Source: Flavobacteriales bacterium | Lineage (GTDB): Bacteria > Bacteroidota > Bacteroidia > CAIKAF01 | Assembly (NCBI GenBank): GCA_025055575.1 | Contig: JANWWP010000066.1 | Coordinates: 4,332 to 68,331, forward strand | Length of the DNA: 64,000 bases | Direction of reading: 5' to 3' | Made by a program: the position numbers and the translations under genes | Part shown: positions 9,702-19,654 of the stretch, in pieces | How the letters are laid out: each line of letters begins with the position of its first letter | How positions within the stretch are numbered: the first letter of the stretch is position 1 | Notes under the pieces: model-generated | Database searches by the model: none | The model's input: only the letters and a program-made list of their open reading frames with translations | Told to the model about the DNA's origin: nothing

Positions 9702-10349
9702 TTATTTAAGGGATGACTTTAAAAGCCTTGGAGGGCTTTTATAAAAATTCATTTCGTCCAGATAACGCCAGGCGGCTTCCGGCATAAGGTGACGCACCGA
9801 ACGCCCCTGTCCAACCCAATGCCGTATCAAGGTGGCTGTAATCTCAATGACGGGCGCCTTGGCGAATACAAAATTTTCATAAAGTGGATCCTTAGCCGGA
9901 AGTGCGTCCTGCACACGACCTTCTTTCAGACGCGGATACACCAGAAAATGGCAATTTCGGGCAAGCCAAGCGCATTCTTTCCACTTCGGAAAACCCAAGG
10001 CATTATCCGAACCCATGATTAGAAAAAACGGATGGTGTGGATACCGATCCAATAAAAGCCGCATGGTTTGAACAGTGTAGCTGGGCAAGGGCATGTGGCG
10101 CTCTACTTCAGAGACGCGCAGGCGGCTGTCATCGCCCACAGCGCGCCGCAACAATTCCACACGATGGTGAAAGGGCAGTAAGGTTTCGCGGCGCTTGTGC
10201 GGGTTTTGGGGCGACACTACAAACCACACCTCGTCCACATAGTTCTCTCCCAGAAAGTAGGCAGCCAGGGCTAAATGACCAATATGCACAGGGTTGAAGG
10301 AACCGAAAAGAAGCCCTGTGCGCGGGGGCGGTTTAGGATTTTTTCCCAT
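9702..10349 (-). CDS. nadD: Nicotinate-nucleotide adenylyltransferase
   Basis: GLLFGSFNPVHIGHLAL nucleotidyltransferase (H/T)xGH motif. About 200 aa. Confidence 0.85.
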   Translation of the reverse strand: MGKNPKPPPRTGLLFGSFNPVHIGHLALAAYFLGENYVDEVWFVVSPQNPHKRRETLLPFHHRVELLRRAVGDDSRLRVSEVERHMPLPSYTVQTMRLLLDRYPHHPFFLIMGSDNALGFPKWKECAWLARNCHFLVYPRLKEGRVQDALPAKDPLYENFVFAKAPVIEITATLIRHWVGQGRSVRHLMPEAAWRYLDEMNFYKSPPRLLKSSLK

Positions 10350-11604
10350 ACTGTTTTTTTAGTTCTTTGATGTAATTTCTCAATTCGGCAACGGATTGGA
10401 ACGGCACCGCATTCGTGGAGTCGGGCAAATGGTACTGACGAAATATGGTAAAGAAAGCGTTGTTGGCCTGGCGCAGTTGATGACGCAGATTTTCGCAGTA
10501 AACCGGGGGAACGGTGGCCTGCAAATGGTCCGAACAACGTTCTGCAAACATGTGGAAATACCATTTTTTCAAGGAATCTTTTTCGGAAGGATGGGCCGCT
10601 AAAAACGCCGGATGCTGATAAAGACTGTCTAACCGGGCCGCACATTGGTTCAGGTAACGAACGTATCTTTTTTCAGTTTTTAAAATCTCCAAGTAGTTTT
10701 GATATCTTACGCTCCCTGGGCCGTATTTGGTTTTCAGATACAAAAGGGCTCCAGCATCACCCACGCGGGTGGCCAAACCTTCACTCAACTCCGTGCTGTC
10801 TGGAATGTACAGAGTGGCATGAAACATTTCGTGGATCAGCACATTGGCCAGATTCTCCTCGCCGGTCTGTAACATTCCCGTTGTCACAGGATCCGGAAAA
10901 TAACCCAGGGTGCTCCAGGCATCCACTATACGCAAACGAACGTCGTAGCCCCTGGCCAGAAGCTCTTCCCATTCCCGCCGCGCCATGATGGGATCCAAAA
11001 AACCCTTGTAACTGACGGAACCAATCACCGGGAATTTCCATAGATACGGCCTCAGGCTGTATTTTTCACATGCCGTGAGCACATACAGTAGGCCTTCCGT
11101 GTGCGCGTAGTAGCGGGTGTAATTGCGGTTTTTTGTGAGTCCCAAAGAGTCGGTGGCAAATTGACGAATGTCCTGCACCCATTTCAGTTTCTGACGCAAA
11201 GTATCCGGCGTGGCCGGATCGCTGAGCATTTTTTCGATACGGCGGGATTGGAGAAGAATGCGCATTTGTCCTTGAAGCAGGTGCCATCCGTACGTGATGT
11301 CCCGTCCAAAATGGAGGCCGGATGAAAAAATTAAAAGCCAGAAAAGATCCAGCGCCAATAGCTTTGTACCACTTTTTCCGCGGAACCATTTTTTTGAAAC
11401 AGTTTTGAAGTCCCGGCTACGCTCCTTGAAGCCAATATTTAAAAACACTCTGAGTTTTCTCACGGTGTTATGGGTAAGCCTGCCCGGAAAGCCACAGGAT
11501 ACAAATTTGGTACAAAAACTTCTCCATGAAAAAACTTTGGAAGGCGCTTCATGGTCTGTGATGGTGCGGCGTTGCTCGGACGGACAGGTGCTTTTGGCCC
11601 ACAA
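10333..11604 (-). CDS. Putative zinc-dependent peptidase (HExxH; predicted-aminopeptidase / DUF2265-like). Start uncertain.
   Basis: HEMFHATLY motif. 17-nt overlap with nadD suggests an operon. The first ~100 codons overlap the opposite-strand PBP4-like ORF, so the true start may lie downstream of 11604. Confidence 0.4.
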   Translation of the reverse strand: MWAKSTCPSEQRRTITDHEAPSKVFSWRSFCTKFVSCGFPGRLTHNTVRKLRVFLNIGFKERSRDFKTVSKKWFRGKSGTKLLALDLFWLLIFSSGLHFGRDITYGWHLLQGQMRILLQSRRIEKMLSDPATPDTLRQKLKWVQDIRQFATDSLGLTKNRNYTRYYAHTEGLLYVLTACEKYSLRPYLWKFPVIGSVSYKGFLDPIMARREWEELLARGYDVRLRIVDAWSTLGYFPDPVTTGMLQTGEENLANVLIHEMFHATLYIPDSTELSEGLATRVGDAGALLYLKTKYGPGSVRYQNYLEILKTEKRYVRYLNQCAARLDSLYQHPAFLAAHPSEKDSLKKWYFHMFAERCSDHLQATVPPVYCENLRHQLRQANNAFFTIFRQYHLPDSTNAVPFQSVAELRNYIKELKKQYGKKS

Positions 11605-12862
11605 TGAAAAACTGCGGCTCCTGCCGGCTTCGGTTCAAAAAATTCTGATTTCATTCGCCGCATTAGAGCTTCTGGGTCCTTCCCATACGTTTTTTTCAGA
11701 TTTTTACCTACAAGAACATTTTTCCGGAAACGGCGTTTGGGAAGGCGCTCTGGTGGTGGACGTCCGGCAAAATCCAGCTTTTGGAACACCAGGGCTGACG
11801 TCTCCTTCCGTCGATTCGCTCACAGCCCTTCTCACAGCAGAATTCAAAAACCGCGGCGCCCAGCGCGTGGCGCTTCAAGTGGTGCCGCTCCTGCGTAGGC
11901 ATACCATGAGCCTGCTGCCAGAAGCCTGGTATGTGGAAGATCTGGCTTTCCGCTATGGCACCCCGCCTCAGCCATTTGTTTATAAAGAAAATCAGGCCGA
12001 ACTAAAAATCACCTGGAATGGAGATCAGCCATTACCTGTTTTTAATGGACGGGAGCGCACCCCAGAATGGCTAAAGACAGACATTCTAGTTGATAGATCG
12101 GCCCGCCGGGGTGGTCAGTGGGAAGGCTCTCTGCAGTGGCAGAATGGCCGGCTTTATTGGCGGCTTGCCCTGCGCATCAAGCCGGGGGATACGGCTGTTT
12201 TTCAAATCCCGAATCCCCGGCCAGAATGCGCATTTTTTGAGGATTTGGCCTCTGGCATAGAACAAAGATTGGGCATTGGCCAGTTCGAAGGGGAGCTGCA
12301 TTATGAGACGGATCCTTTTGCGTTACAGGCGCCCTGGCTTAGGATGGAAAGCCTTTCCTTGGACCGCCTGGATTCTGTGATCAACCACCAAAGCCATAAT
12401 TTCTATTCAGAAATGCTTTTATGGAATTTGTTTGATACTGAAACTGATTACGATGGAAAACTGGAGGCTTTGAAAAAATTCTGGGAAGAGCGCGTCGGCC
12501 CTGGTCTCCGCCTCCGTGACGCCAGCGGGCTCAGCCGGAGCAATTGGATGACCGCTGACTGGATGACACGATGTTTGATGTACATCTATTCCAGCCCGCT
12601 TTTCCCGGCTTTTTATCTTACCTTGCCTCAATGGGGCCTTTCCGGCACTTTAAAAAATCTTGGAAATCCTAAGGATGCCGCACGCGGTTGCGCCCGTGCC
12701 AAAAGCGGCTCCATGCAAGGCGTGCAGGGCTATGCGGGATTCCTGAACACAGCACGCCACGGCACGCTTTGTTTTGCTTTCTTTTTCAACCATTTCTCCG
12801 GCCCTGCCTCGGATATCCAGAAATTATGCACAAGGCTTTTGAACGAATTTTGTAAACCCTGA
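11426..12862 (+). CDS. D-Ala-D-Ala carboxypeptidase/endopeptidase of the PBP4 (S13) family. Proposed TTG start at 11426; the track ORF starts at 11294.
   Basis: SxxK motif (PASVQK), KSG motif (KSGSMQG), about 480 aa. A TTG start at 11426 gives a signal peptide (LKPIFKNTLSFLTVLWVSLPG) and places the active Ser about 68 aa from the N-terminus, as in DacB. It also removes most of the overlap with the opposite gene. Confidence 0.65.
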   Translation: MKPIFKNTLSFLTVLWVSLPGKPQDTNLVQKLLHEKTLEGASWSVMVRRCSDGQVLLAHNEKLRLLPASVQKILISFAALELLGPSHTFFSDFYLQEHFSGNGVWEGALVVDVRQNPAFGTPGLTSPSVDSLTALLTAEFKNRGAQRVALQVVPLLRRHTMSLLPEAWYVEDLAFRYGTPPQPFVYKENQAELKITWNGDQPLPVFNGRERTPEWLKTDILVDRSARRGGQWEGSLQWQNGRLYWRLALRIKPGDTAVFQIPNPRPECAFFEDLASGIEQRLGIGQFEGELHYETDPFALQAPWLRMESLSLDRLDSVINHQSHNFYSEMLLWNLFDTETDYDGKLEALKKFWEERVGPGLRLRDASGLSRSNWMTADWMTRCLMYIYSSPLFPAFYLTLPQWGLSGTLKNLGNPKDAARGCARAKSGSMQGVQGYAGFLNTARHGTLCFAFFFNHFSGPASDIQKLCTRLLNEFCKP

Positions 12863-12866
12863 CTTC

Positions 12867-13451
12867 ATGGACCAAAAATATTGGGACCAACGCTGGATGT
12901 GTGGAGACACTGGCTGGGATATCGGCTATCCCGCCCCGGCGATCCTCGATTATGCTGCCGGACTGCCGGATAAAACGATCCGCATTTTAATTCCTGGCTG
13001 CGGCAATGCCTACGAAGCTCAAGCCTTGCTGGATATGGGATTTAAGGATGTGCATCTCCTGGATATCTCCCCCACCCTGACGGACCGCCTGAAAGAACGT
13101 TTTCAGCCATGGTCTGGTCATATTCACATTCATTGCGAAGATTTTTTTGAGCACCAGGGCTCCTACCACCTTATCCTGGAACAAACATTCTTGTGCGCCC
13201 TGAATCCCTCCCAGCGCGAGGCTTATGCCCAAAAATGCCAGCAACTTCTCTATGCCGGCGGACGCTTGGCCGGGCTCCTGTTCGACACAATCTTTGAACA
13301 GGAGGGTCCGCCCTTCGGTGGAACAGCGATGGAATACCGTGCATTATTTGGAAAATATTTCCGCATTCTGAAGCTGGAAAAATGCCTTCTGAGTATTCCA
13401 CAGCGCCAGGGCCGGGAGGTATTTTTTGAAGTCGAAAAAATAGGCCCCTGA
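12867..13451 (+). CDS. TPMT-family (thiopurine S-methyltransferase-like) SAM-dependent methyltransferase
   Basis: N-terminal WDQRWMCGDTGWD motif and glycine-rich SAM site ILIPGCGNAYEA. Confidence 0.65.
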   Translation: MDQKYWDQRWMCGDTGWDIGYPAPAILDYAAGLPDKTIRILIPGCGNAYEAQALLDMGFKDVHLLDISPTLTDRLKERFQPWSGHIHIHCEDFFEHQGSYHLILEQTFLCALNPSQREAYAQKCQQLLYAGGRLAGLLFDTIFEQEGPPFGGTAMEYRALFGKYFRILKLEKCLLSIPQRQGREVFFEVEKIGP

Positions 13452-13591
13452 TGCACGATACGCATACAGGTTTGGGTTGTGGTAACTTTATTTTAGAAAT
13501 TTATTTTACAATACTTACACAAATAAAAAATTACTCAGTTAGTCATAATTCACCTTAAATGATTTAAGTTTAATTTATACCAATGTAAGTT

Positions 13592-15487
13592 TTGAAAAAT
13601 CTTCCAGGGATATTCAATGGCCTCGGAATTGGTTGGCATGGTCTAACAGCCACTTGTATAATTCTTTTCACTTTTCCGGCCCTTGATTTTCAAACTTTTT
13701 CGGGTCTGGACCCCGCTTATTTTTATGCGTTAAATTATTTCTTTAATCAACGCCTCGTAGCTGGGCAGGATTTTATTTTTTCTTATGGCCCTTTAGGTTT
13801 CCTGAAAGACCCGCAGGCAGCCGCTGGCTTAGACCTGGTGGGGGTTGTAGGTATCCTGATTTTACGATGGGTTCTAGCAGGGTATTTATTGCAGTTGTCC
13901 TGCCTGCATGCACGTCTTCCCCTGCCTCTGGGAATATTTCTGGTTTTGTTGACTCTGGCTCAGCTTCAAAGTTTGGACTATGTGCTTATTCTGTTGGCGG
14001 CTTCAGCTCGTATGGAATTCGGCCGATCCGGGCGCTGGATTCATGCTTCTGTGGCGTGGGCCACAGTGGCTCTTGGAGCTTTGGTGAAAATCAACATTGG
14101 CTTCACAGCCCTGACCCTGACCGGTGCACTGGTCTTTCTGGAAACGATTCAAAACGGGCAATGGAAACGGTTTTTAACTGAACTGACCTTGCTGCCCAGC
14201 TTTTACTCTATATTTTGGTTTTTGGTCTATGGCCACTGGAAAGGCGCCCTAGACTATGTGCGCAATAGCTTTCTCTTGTCTCCCGATAATCTTCATACCA
14301 CACACCTGCCCACCGCACTGGACTTGGACGCCTTGTGGGCCGCTTTAGGTCTGTTTTTTTTGGCAGGGCTTTGGAAAGCCCGCTTTCAGAGGGATTGGAT
14401 GGGGTGGAGTATGGTGCCCGCATTCTTTTTAGTTTTTAAATACAGCGTCGCCCGTTGTGATTTCAGCCATGTGATCCATGGATTCCACTTTCTGGTAGTG
14501 GCTGGGGCGTTGTGGATTTTTTCAGGCCGGGGAGGTTCGGCCACGATAGCGTTTTGGGGTTTGGCGCTCATGTTGTGGCGGTCGGCCTTGCATTCTCTGC
14601 CCTACGTGCCACAGCCCGTCGCTTTTCCGGAAATCAGCCTGCGCGGATTTCGACAATCGGTGTGGAATTATTCTCAAACACATCAAAAAGCCCTCGACAT
14701 GCTCCCCGATAATCTGCGCGCTGATACGCTCCCCGGGCCATGGTTGCAAAGACTGAAGGATGCCAAAGTGGATTTTTTCCCCTGGGTCACCTCGTCGGTG
14801 GCATTGTACGGGCTCCGTTATCATCCCCGACCTTTTATGCAGCATGGACTGGCTTCCGGACCTTTTTTCGATCGTTTGAATGCCGGATGGCTGCTTTCAT
14901 CCAAAGGGCCCGATTATGTCATTTGGCACGGCGGATGGGACAGCTCAGGCATAGCCACTATGGACGGGCGATATGTGGGACTGGAACACACCCGCACCCT
15001 GGAAGCATTGATGCAAGGCTATGAAGTGGCGGAATCGGACAGCCGAATGGGCCTTCTCCTGAAAAGAAAAACGTTTAAAACCACCCCCGCAATTCCAGAA
15101 CCGAATGAATTGAAATGCTTTGAACGGTTAATGTGTAGATGGAATCAATGGGTTTTCATTCCTTCTGAAAATAAAGACAGTAGGCTTTTAGGCCGTCTTT
15201 CAGGAAATGTAAGTTTAAGTGGATTTTTGAGAAAATGGCTGTTTAAAGACGCCGTGTTGGATGTGGAAATTCAGGACCATTTGGGTAGGATTTTCAGGCA
15301 CAGGCTAGCGTTGCCGGGCGCTATGGATAGAATGTACATACATCCTTACTTTCCCGAATTCCCCTTTTTGCACTTAGGAGTTTCGGTCAAAGCTTTACGC
15401 TTAATATTAGTGGAAGGCGTGCCTGTGCTGAAGGAACCCTTCGTTCTGGAACTGTTTCAACAAGAAACGCTCCCTGTGGCCCCTTAA
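13592..15487 (+). CDS. Large polytopic membrane protein (631 aa): about 10 N-terminal TM helices plus a ~300-aa soluble C-terminal domain. GT-C-like architecture, no recognised family.
   Basis: Hydrophobic helices through about aa 330, then a hydrophilic C-terminus. Preceded by a 140-bp AT-rich promoter region. Immediately upstream of gmd/fcl. Confidence 0.4.
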   Translation: MKNLPGIFNGLGIGWHGLTATCIILFTFPALDFQTFSGLDPAYFYALNYFFNQRLVAGQDFIFSYGPLGFLKDPQAAAGLDLVGVVGILILRWVLAGYLLQLSCLHARLPLPLGIFLVLLTLAQLQSLDYVLILLAASARMEFGRSGRWIHASVAWATVALGALVKINIGFTALTLTGALVFLETIQNGQWKRFLTELTLLPSFYSIFWFLVYGHWKGALDYVRNSFLLSPDNLHTTHLPTALDLDALWAALGLFFLAGLWKARFQRDWMGWSMVPAFFLVFKYSVARCDFSHVIHGFHFLVVAGALWIFSGRGGSATIAFWGLALMLWRSALHSLPYVPQPVAFPEISLRGFRQSVWNYSQTHQKALDMLPDNLRADTLPGPWLQRLKDAKVDFFPWVTSSVALYGLRYHPRPFMQHGLASGPFFDRLNAGWLLSSKGPDYVIWHGGWDSSGIATMDGRYVGLEHTRTLEALMQGYEVAESDSRMGLLLKRKTFKTTPAIPEPNELKCFERLMCRWNQWVFIPSENKDSRLLGRLSGNVSLSGFLRKWLFKDAVLDVEIQDHLGRIFRHRLALPGAMDRMYIHPYFPEFPFLHLGVSVKALRLILVEGVPVLKEPFVLELFQQETLPVAP

Positions 15488-15511
15488 ATTATCTAATTTT
15501 GCCTTTAGTTT

Positions 15512-16627
15512 ATGACCAAACGCGCGCTCATCACAGGCATCACCGGACAAGACGGGGCCTATTTAGCAGAATTTCTCCTACAGAAGGGCTATGAAGTACA
15601 CGGCATCAAACGCCGCAGCTCCTTATTTAATACCGATCGGATTGATCATCTGTACCAGGACCCACATGATGCCAACACCCGCTTTCATTTGCATTATGGA
15701 GATCTGACGGACTCTCTCAATCTGACGCGGATTATTCAGGAAGTCCAGCCCGATGAAATATACAATCTGGGCGCCATGAGCCATGTGAAAGTGAGTTTTG
15801 AGGAGCCGGAATACGTAGCCAGCGCCGATGGCCTGGGGGCCTTACGCATTCTGGAAGCTGTACGGCTTCTGGGTTTGGCCGAGCGAACGCGGGTGTATCA
15901 GGCTTCCACCTCAGAATTGTATGGCTTGGTGCAAGCTATTCCCCAAAACGAAAAAACCCCGTTTTATCCCAGGTCTCCTTACGGTGTTGCCAAATTGTAT
16001 GCTTTCTGGATCACTGTCAACTACAGGGAAGCCTACAACATTTTTGCTGTGAATGGGATTTTGTTTAATCACGAAAGTCCTGTACGGGGCGAAACTTTCG
16101 TCACCCGAAAAATCACACGCGCTGCAGCCCGCATTGCGCTGGGTCTTCAGGATTGTTTGTATTTGGGCAACCTGGATGCCAGAAGGGACTGGGGGCATGC
16201 ACGGGACTACGTGGAAGCCATGTATCTGATGCTCCAGCAGCCCGAACCGGAGGATTACGTCATTGCAACTGGCGTCACGGTGCCCGTGCGTCAGTTTGTG
16301 CACATGGCCTTCTCGGAACTGGGTATCGCCCTTGCCTTCGAAGGCCAAGGCAAAGAAGAAGTGGGCCGTGTGGCCCATTGCAGCCACCCGGAATTTCAGC
16401 TTCCGGAAGGCAAAGTGGTGGTTCGGGTGGACCCAAAATATTTCCGTCCCACCGAAGTGGATCTGCTTGTGGGCGATGCCTCCAAAGCCCGAGAAAAGCT
16501 GGGTTGGACACCTAAATATAATTTGGAAGCCTTGGTGCAGGAAATGGTGGCTTCTGACCTGGCTCTATTTCGTAAAGAGAAATATTTAAAAGAAGGCGGC
16601 CATCGGATTTTGCATTACGGAGAGTAA
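15512..16627 (+). CDS. gmd: GDP-mannose 4,6-dehydratase
   Basis: [37 protein letters not shown]..., highly characteristic of Gmd. About 370 aa. Confidence 0.95.
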   Translation: MTKRALITGITGQDGAYLAEFLLQKGYEVHGIKRRSSLFNTDRIDHLYQDPHDANTRFHLHYGDLTDSLNLTRIIQEVQPDEIYNLGAMSHVKVSFEEPEYVASADGLGALRILEAVRLLGLAERTRVYQASTSELYGLVQAIPQNEKTPFYPRSPYGVAKLYAFWITVNYREAYNIFAVNGILFNHESPVRGETFVTRKITRAAARIALGLQDCLYLGNLDARRDWGHARDYVEAMYLMLQQPEPEDYVIATGVTVPVRQFVHMAFSELGIALAFEGQGKEEVGRVAHCSHPEFQLPEGKVVVRVDPKYFRPTEVDLLVGDASKAREKLGWTPKYNLEALVQEMVASDLALFRKEKYLKEGGHRILHYGE

Positions 16628-16638
16628 AAAAGGTCTTC

Positions 16639-17613
16639 ATGGAACGTTCCAGCAAAATTTATGTCGCAGGCCACCGGGGTATGGTAGGGTCAGCCATTGT
16701 CCGACGGCTTCAGGCAGAGGGCTACAACAATCTCACGCTTCGTACCTCCACAGAACTCGATTTGCGCAACCAGAAAGCTACAGAAGATTTTTTTGATACG
16801 GAAAGACCCGAATATGTTTTTCTGGCGGCGGCCCGCGTGGGCGGCATTTGGGCCAACAGCACCCGACCGGCGGATTTTTTATATGATAATCTGCTCATTC
16901 AGTGCAACGTCATTCACGCAGCATGGAAATTTGGAGTGAAGAAACTTTTGTTTCTTGGTTCCTCTTGCATTTATCCCCGCCTTTCACCGCAACCCATTCG
17001 AGAAGAATATTTGCTTACGGGGCCTTTTGAGCCGACTAATGAGCCCTACGCGCTGGCTAAAGTGGCCGGTTTGAAAATGTGTACTGCCTATCGGCGTCAA
17101 TATGGTTGCAATTTTATTACCATCATGCCCACCAATTTGTATGGGCCCGGGGATAATTATGATTTGTATTCATCCCATGTTTTGCCGGCTCTTCTGCGTA
17201 AATTTCACGAAGCCAAAATCCAAAATTCAAACAAGGTCATAGTATGGGGCACTGGAAGCGTATTACGAGAATTTATGCATGTGGATGACCTGGCGGATGC
17301 ATGTCTTTTCCTTATGCTGCATTATGACGAAGAATTGTGGATGAATTGCGGAACGGGGGAAGAACTTTCCATTCGCCAGTTGGCTGAAATTATTCAGGAA
17401 ATCACAGGCTGCAACGCCGCCATAGAGTTTGACCCGCAAAAGCCCGACGGAATGCCGAGAAAATTACTGGACTCCAGCCGCCTAAGAGGTCTGGGATGGC
17501 AACCACGCATCGGATTAAAGGAAGGAATACGGGATGTGTACCAAAATTCTTTCCTAAAAGAGTACAATTCTGCGCTCATGCGGGAAAAAGCCATTCCCAT
17601 GGCTTCAAATTAA
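16639..17613 (+). CDS. fcl: GDP-L-fucose synthase (GDP-4-keto-6-deoxy-D-mannose 3,5-epimerase/4-reductase)
   Basis: KIYVAGHRGMVGSAIVRRL Rossmann motif, catalytic Cys in LFLGSSCIYP, His in SSHVLPALLRKFHEA. Confidence 0.9.
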   Translation: MERSSKIYVAGHRGMVGSAIVRRLQAEGYNNLTLRTSTELDLRNQKATEDFFDTERPEYVFLAAARVGGIWANSTRPADFLYDNLLIQCNVIHAAWKFGVKKLLFLGSSCIYPRLSPQPIREEYLLTGPFEPTNEPYALAKVAGLKMCTAYRRQYGCNFITIMPTNLYGPGDNYDLYSSHVLPALLRKFHEAKIQNSNKVIVWGTGSVLREFMHVDDLADACLFLMLHYDEELWMNCGTGEELSIRQLAEIIQEITGCNAAIEFDPQKPDGMPRKLLDSSRLRGLGWQPRIGLKEGIRDVYQNSFLKEYNSALMREKAIPMASN

Positions 17614-17630
17614 CGGAAGAAATCGGCTGC

Positions 17631-18635
17631 ATGGCAATGGACTTGGACAGCCGGATTTTTGTGGCCGGCCATAGGGGGCTGGCAGGGTCGGCCGTGCTTC
17701 GAAGGCTTCAAAAAGAAGGCTTTAGACACCTTTTCACGGCCCCGTCTTCCATTTTGGACTTACGCCGGCAGAAGGATGTCCAGATTTTTTTCAATGAGAC
17801 TCGGCCCGAATTTGTTTTTATGTGCGCTGCCACAGTGGGAGGCGCCGAGGATAATCTTCAAAGACCCGGGGCGTATTTGTATGACAATCTGATGATGCAA
17901 GCCAACGTCATTAATGCGGCTCAGGCTTCAGGAACCCAAAAACTTCTTTTAATAGGTTCCTCCTATTTGTATCCAGCTCAAGCACAGCAACCCATGGTGG
18001 AAGATGCGCTGTTGACAGGCAGCTTTGAACCCGTAAAAGAATTTTACTCCCTTTCCAAAGTGGTGGGCATTAAACTTTGCGAAGCTTTTAAGCGACAAAT
18101 GGATCTAAACTTTTTTTCTGTGATGCCCCCCAACCTCTATGGACCTGGCGACAAATATGATACCAGGTCCGCACACGTCATTGCTGCCTTGTTAAGACGG
18201 TTTCATGAAGCCAAAGAAAAAGGCACGCAGGAAGTGGTCATTTGGGGCAGCGGCTCGGCTCTTAGGGAGTTCCTTCATGTAGATGATTTGGCTGATGCCT
18301 GCGTGTTTCTCATGAAAAACTTTAATCCGGAAAGTTTTCCCGATAACCTTGGGATGCCTTGGATCAATTGCGGATCCGGAGAGGAGATCAGTATTCGGGA
18401 TTTGGCCCAACTCATTCAAAAAATCGTAGGATATACTGGAAAAATAATTTTCGATCCCACCCGGCCCGAAGGTGCGCCCAGGCGCCTTTTAGACAGTTCC
18501 CGGCTGCGAAGGTTGGGGTGGCAGCCCACCAAGGATTTGCGAAAAGGTCTTGAAGAAGTGTATCAAAATTTTTTCTTAGCCGATTATGCCCGCAGCCTTG
18601 AGCGGGAGGCCCGCAAGTCCTCTGCCGCATCATGA
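17631..18635 (+). CDS. Second Fcl-like SDR paralog (GDP-sugar epimerase/reductase family) with the catalytic Cys replaced by Tyr
   Basis: RIFVAGHRGLAGSAVLRRL, LLLIGSSYLYPA (Cys replaced by Tyr), SAHVIAALLRRFHEA. Start taken at ATG 17631, just after the fcl stop. The track ORF start at 17496 overlaps fcl. Confidence 0.75.
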   Translation: MAMDLDSRIFVAGHRGLAGSAVLRRLQKEGFRHLFTAPSSILDLRRQKDVQIFFNETRPEFVFMCAATVGGAEDNLQRPGAYLYDNLMMQANVINAAQASGTQKLLLIGSSYLYPAQAQQPMVEDALLTGSFEPVKEFYSLSKVVGIKLCEAFKRQMDLNFFSVMPPNLYGPGDKYDTRSAHVIAALLRRFHEAKEKGTQEVVIWGSGSALREFLHVDDLADACVFLMKNFNPESFPDNLGMPWINCGSGEEISIRDLAQLIQKIVGYTGKIIFDPTRPEGAPRRLLDSSRLRRLGWQPTKDLRKGLEEVYQNFFLADYARSLEREARKSSAAS

Positions 18636-19570
18636 AAAATTTCCACCCGCGGGTGAAATGCAGTGCCTTTTCCCTCAACAGGGATGAAGAACTGAAAAAT
18701 CTCTTGTTATCTGTATTTCCTGAAGCGGTCATCGGCCCCACAGACGAGAATATTCCACTCGACGAATTTTTAGATTTTGCCTCGGATGCCGAAGCCCTCA
18801 TTGTAGGGCGGGAAAAGGTGGATGAACGGCTGTTCGAGGCAGCGCCCCATTTAAAGGTGATTTCCAAATATGGGGTCGGTGTGGATAATATTGATTTCAA
18901 TGCCTGCCAGGCTCATGGAGTCCACGTTCTCCATGCAACGGGTGTCAACCGCCAATGTGTGGCCGAACTCACGCTGGGCTTCATTCTGGCCAGCCTGCAC
19001 AACATCGTTTTCTCCGACAGACTCCTGCGCCGGGGCCAATGGGTGAAAGACGGAGGATGGGACCTGGCCGGAAAAACAGTAGGTATTGTAGGCTTTGGTA
19101 ACGTAGGAACGCAGCTTGCCAGGCTGTTGCAGCCCTTTGAGGTGAAAATCTTGGTGCATGATATTTTAGACAAAACAGATGCTTGCAAACAATTTTTACA
19201 TACCCAACAAACAGACCTGAACACGCTTCTTACAAGTTCAGATATAGTTTCCCTGCATGTACCCCTAACATCTCTGACAAGGAAAATGATAGCAGCACCT
19301 CAATTTGCCATCATGAAAACAGGGTCCATTTTAATTAACACCGCACGCGGCGGAATCCTCGATGAAAGCGATCTTTTGAATGCCTTAAATTCGGGGTCAA
19401 TACGAGCAGCCTGTCTGGACGTCTTTGAAGAAGAACCACTTACCCAACACCCTTTATTGCAGCACCCACGGGTTATCACCACGCCACATATCGGAGGAAA
19501 CAGCCGTGAAGCCCGTCGCGCAATGGCACATGCCGCTATTTCGATGTTAGCGGAATATTTAAAAATTTAA
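18632..19570 (+). CDS. D-isomer-specific 2-hydroxyacid dehydrogenase (phosphoglycerate/glycerate dehydrogenase-like), NAD-binding
   Basis: GKTVGIVGFGNVGTQLARLL NAD-binding motif. ATGA overlap with the upstream gene. Confidence 0.8.
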   Translation: MKNFHPRVKCSAFSLNRDEELKNLLLSVFPEAVIGPTDENIPLDEFLDFASDAEALIVGREKVDERLFEAAPHLKVISKYGVGVDNIDFNACQAHGVHVLHATGVNRQCVAELTLGFILASLHNIVFSDRLLRRGQWVKDGGWDLAGKTVGIVGFGNVGTQLARLLQPFEVKILVHDILDKTDACKQFLHTQQTDLNTLLTSSDIVSLHVPLTSLTRKMIAAPQFAIMKTGSILINTARGGILDESDLLNALNSGSIRAACLDVFEEEPLTQHPLLQHPRVITTPHIGGNSREARRAMAHAAISMLAEYLKI

Positions 19571-19654
19571 ATCTTAAAAAATACTAAGATTTCAGGCAAC
19601 TATTCGTTAAAAAGAGGTCTACTAAAAAAGGTAAGACAAAGGATTACTATTTAA

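Noticed and set aside
15911-16387. 158-aa minus-strand ORF
   Set aside because: Antisense inside gmd, which is unmistakable in the plus frame.
17496-17630. Upstream extension of the second fcl-like ORF
   Set aside because: It overlaps the 3-prime end of fcl in another frame. ATG 17631 immediately after the fcl stop gives the conserved Rossmann N-terminus.
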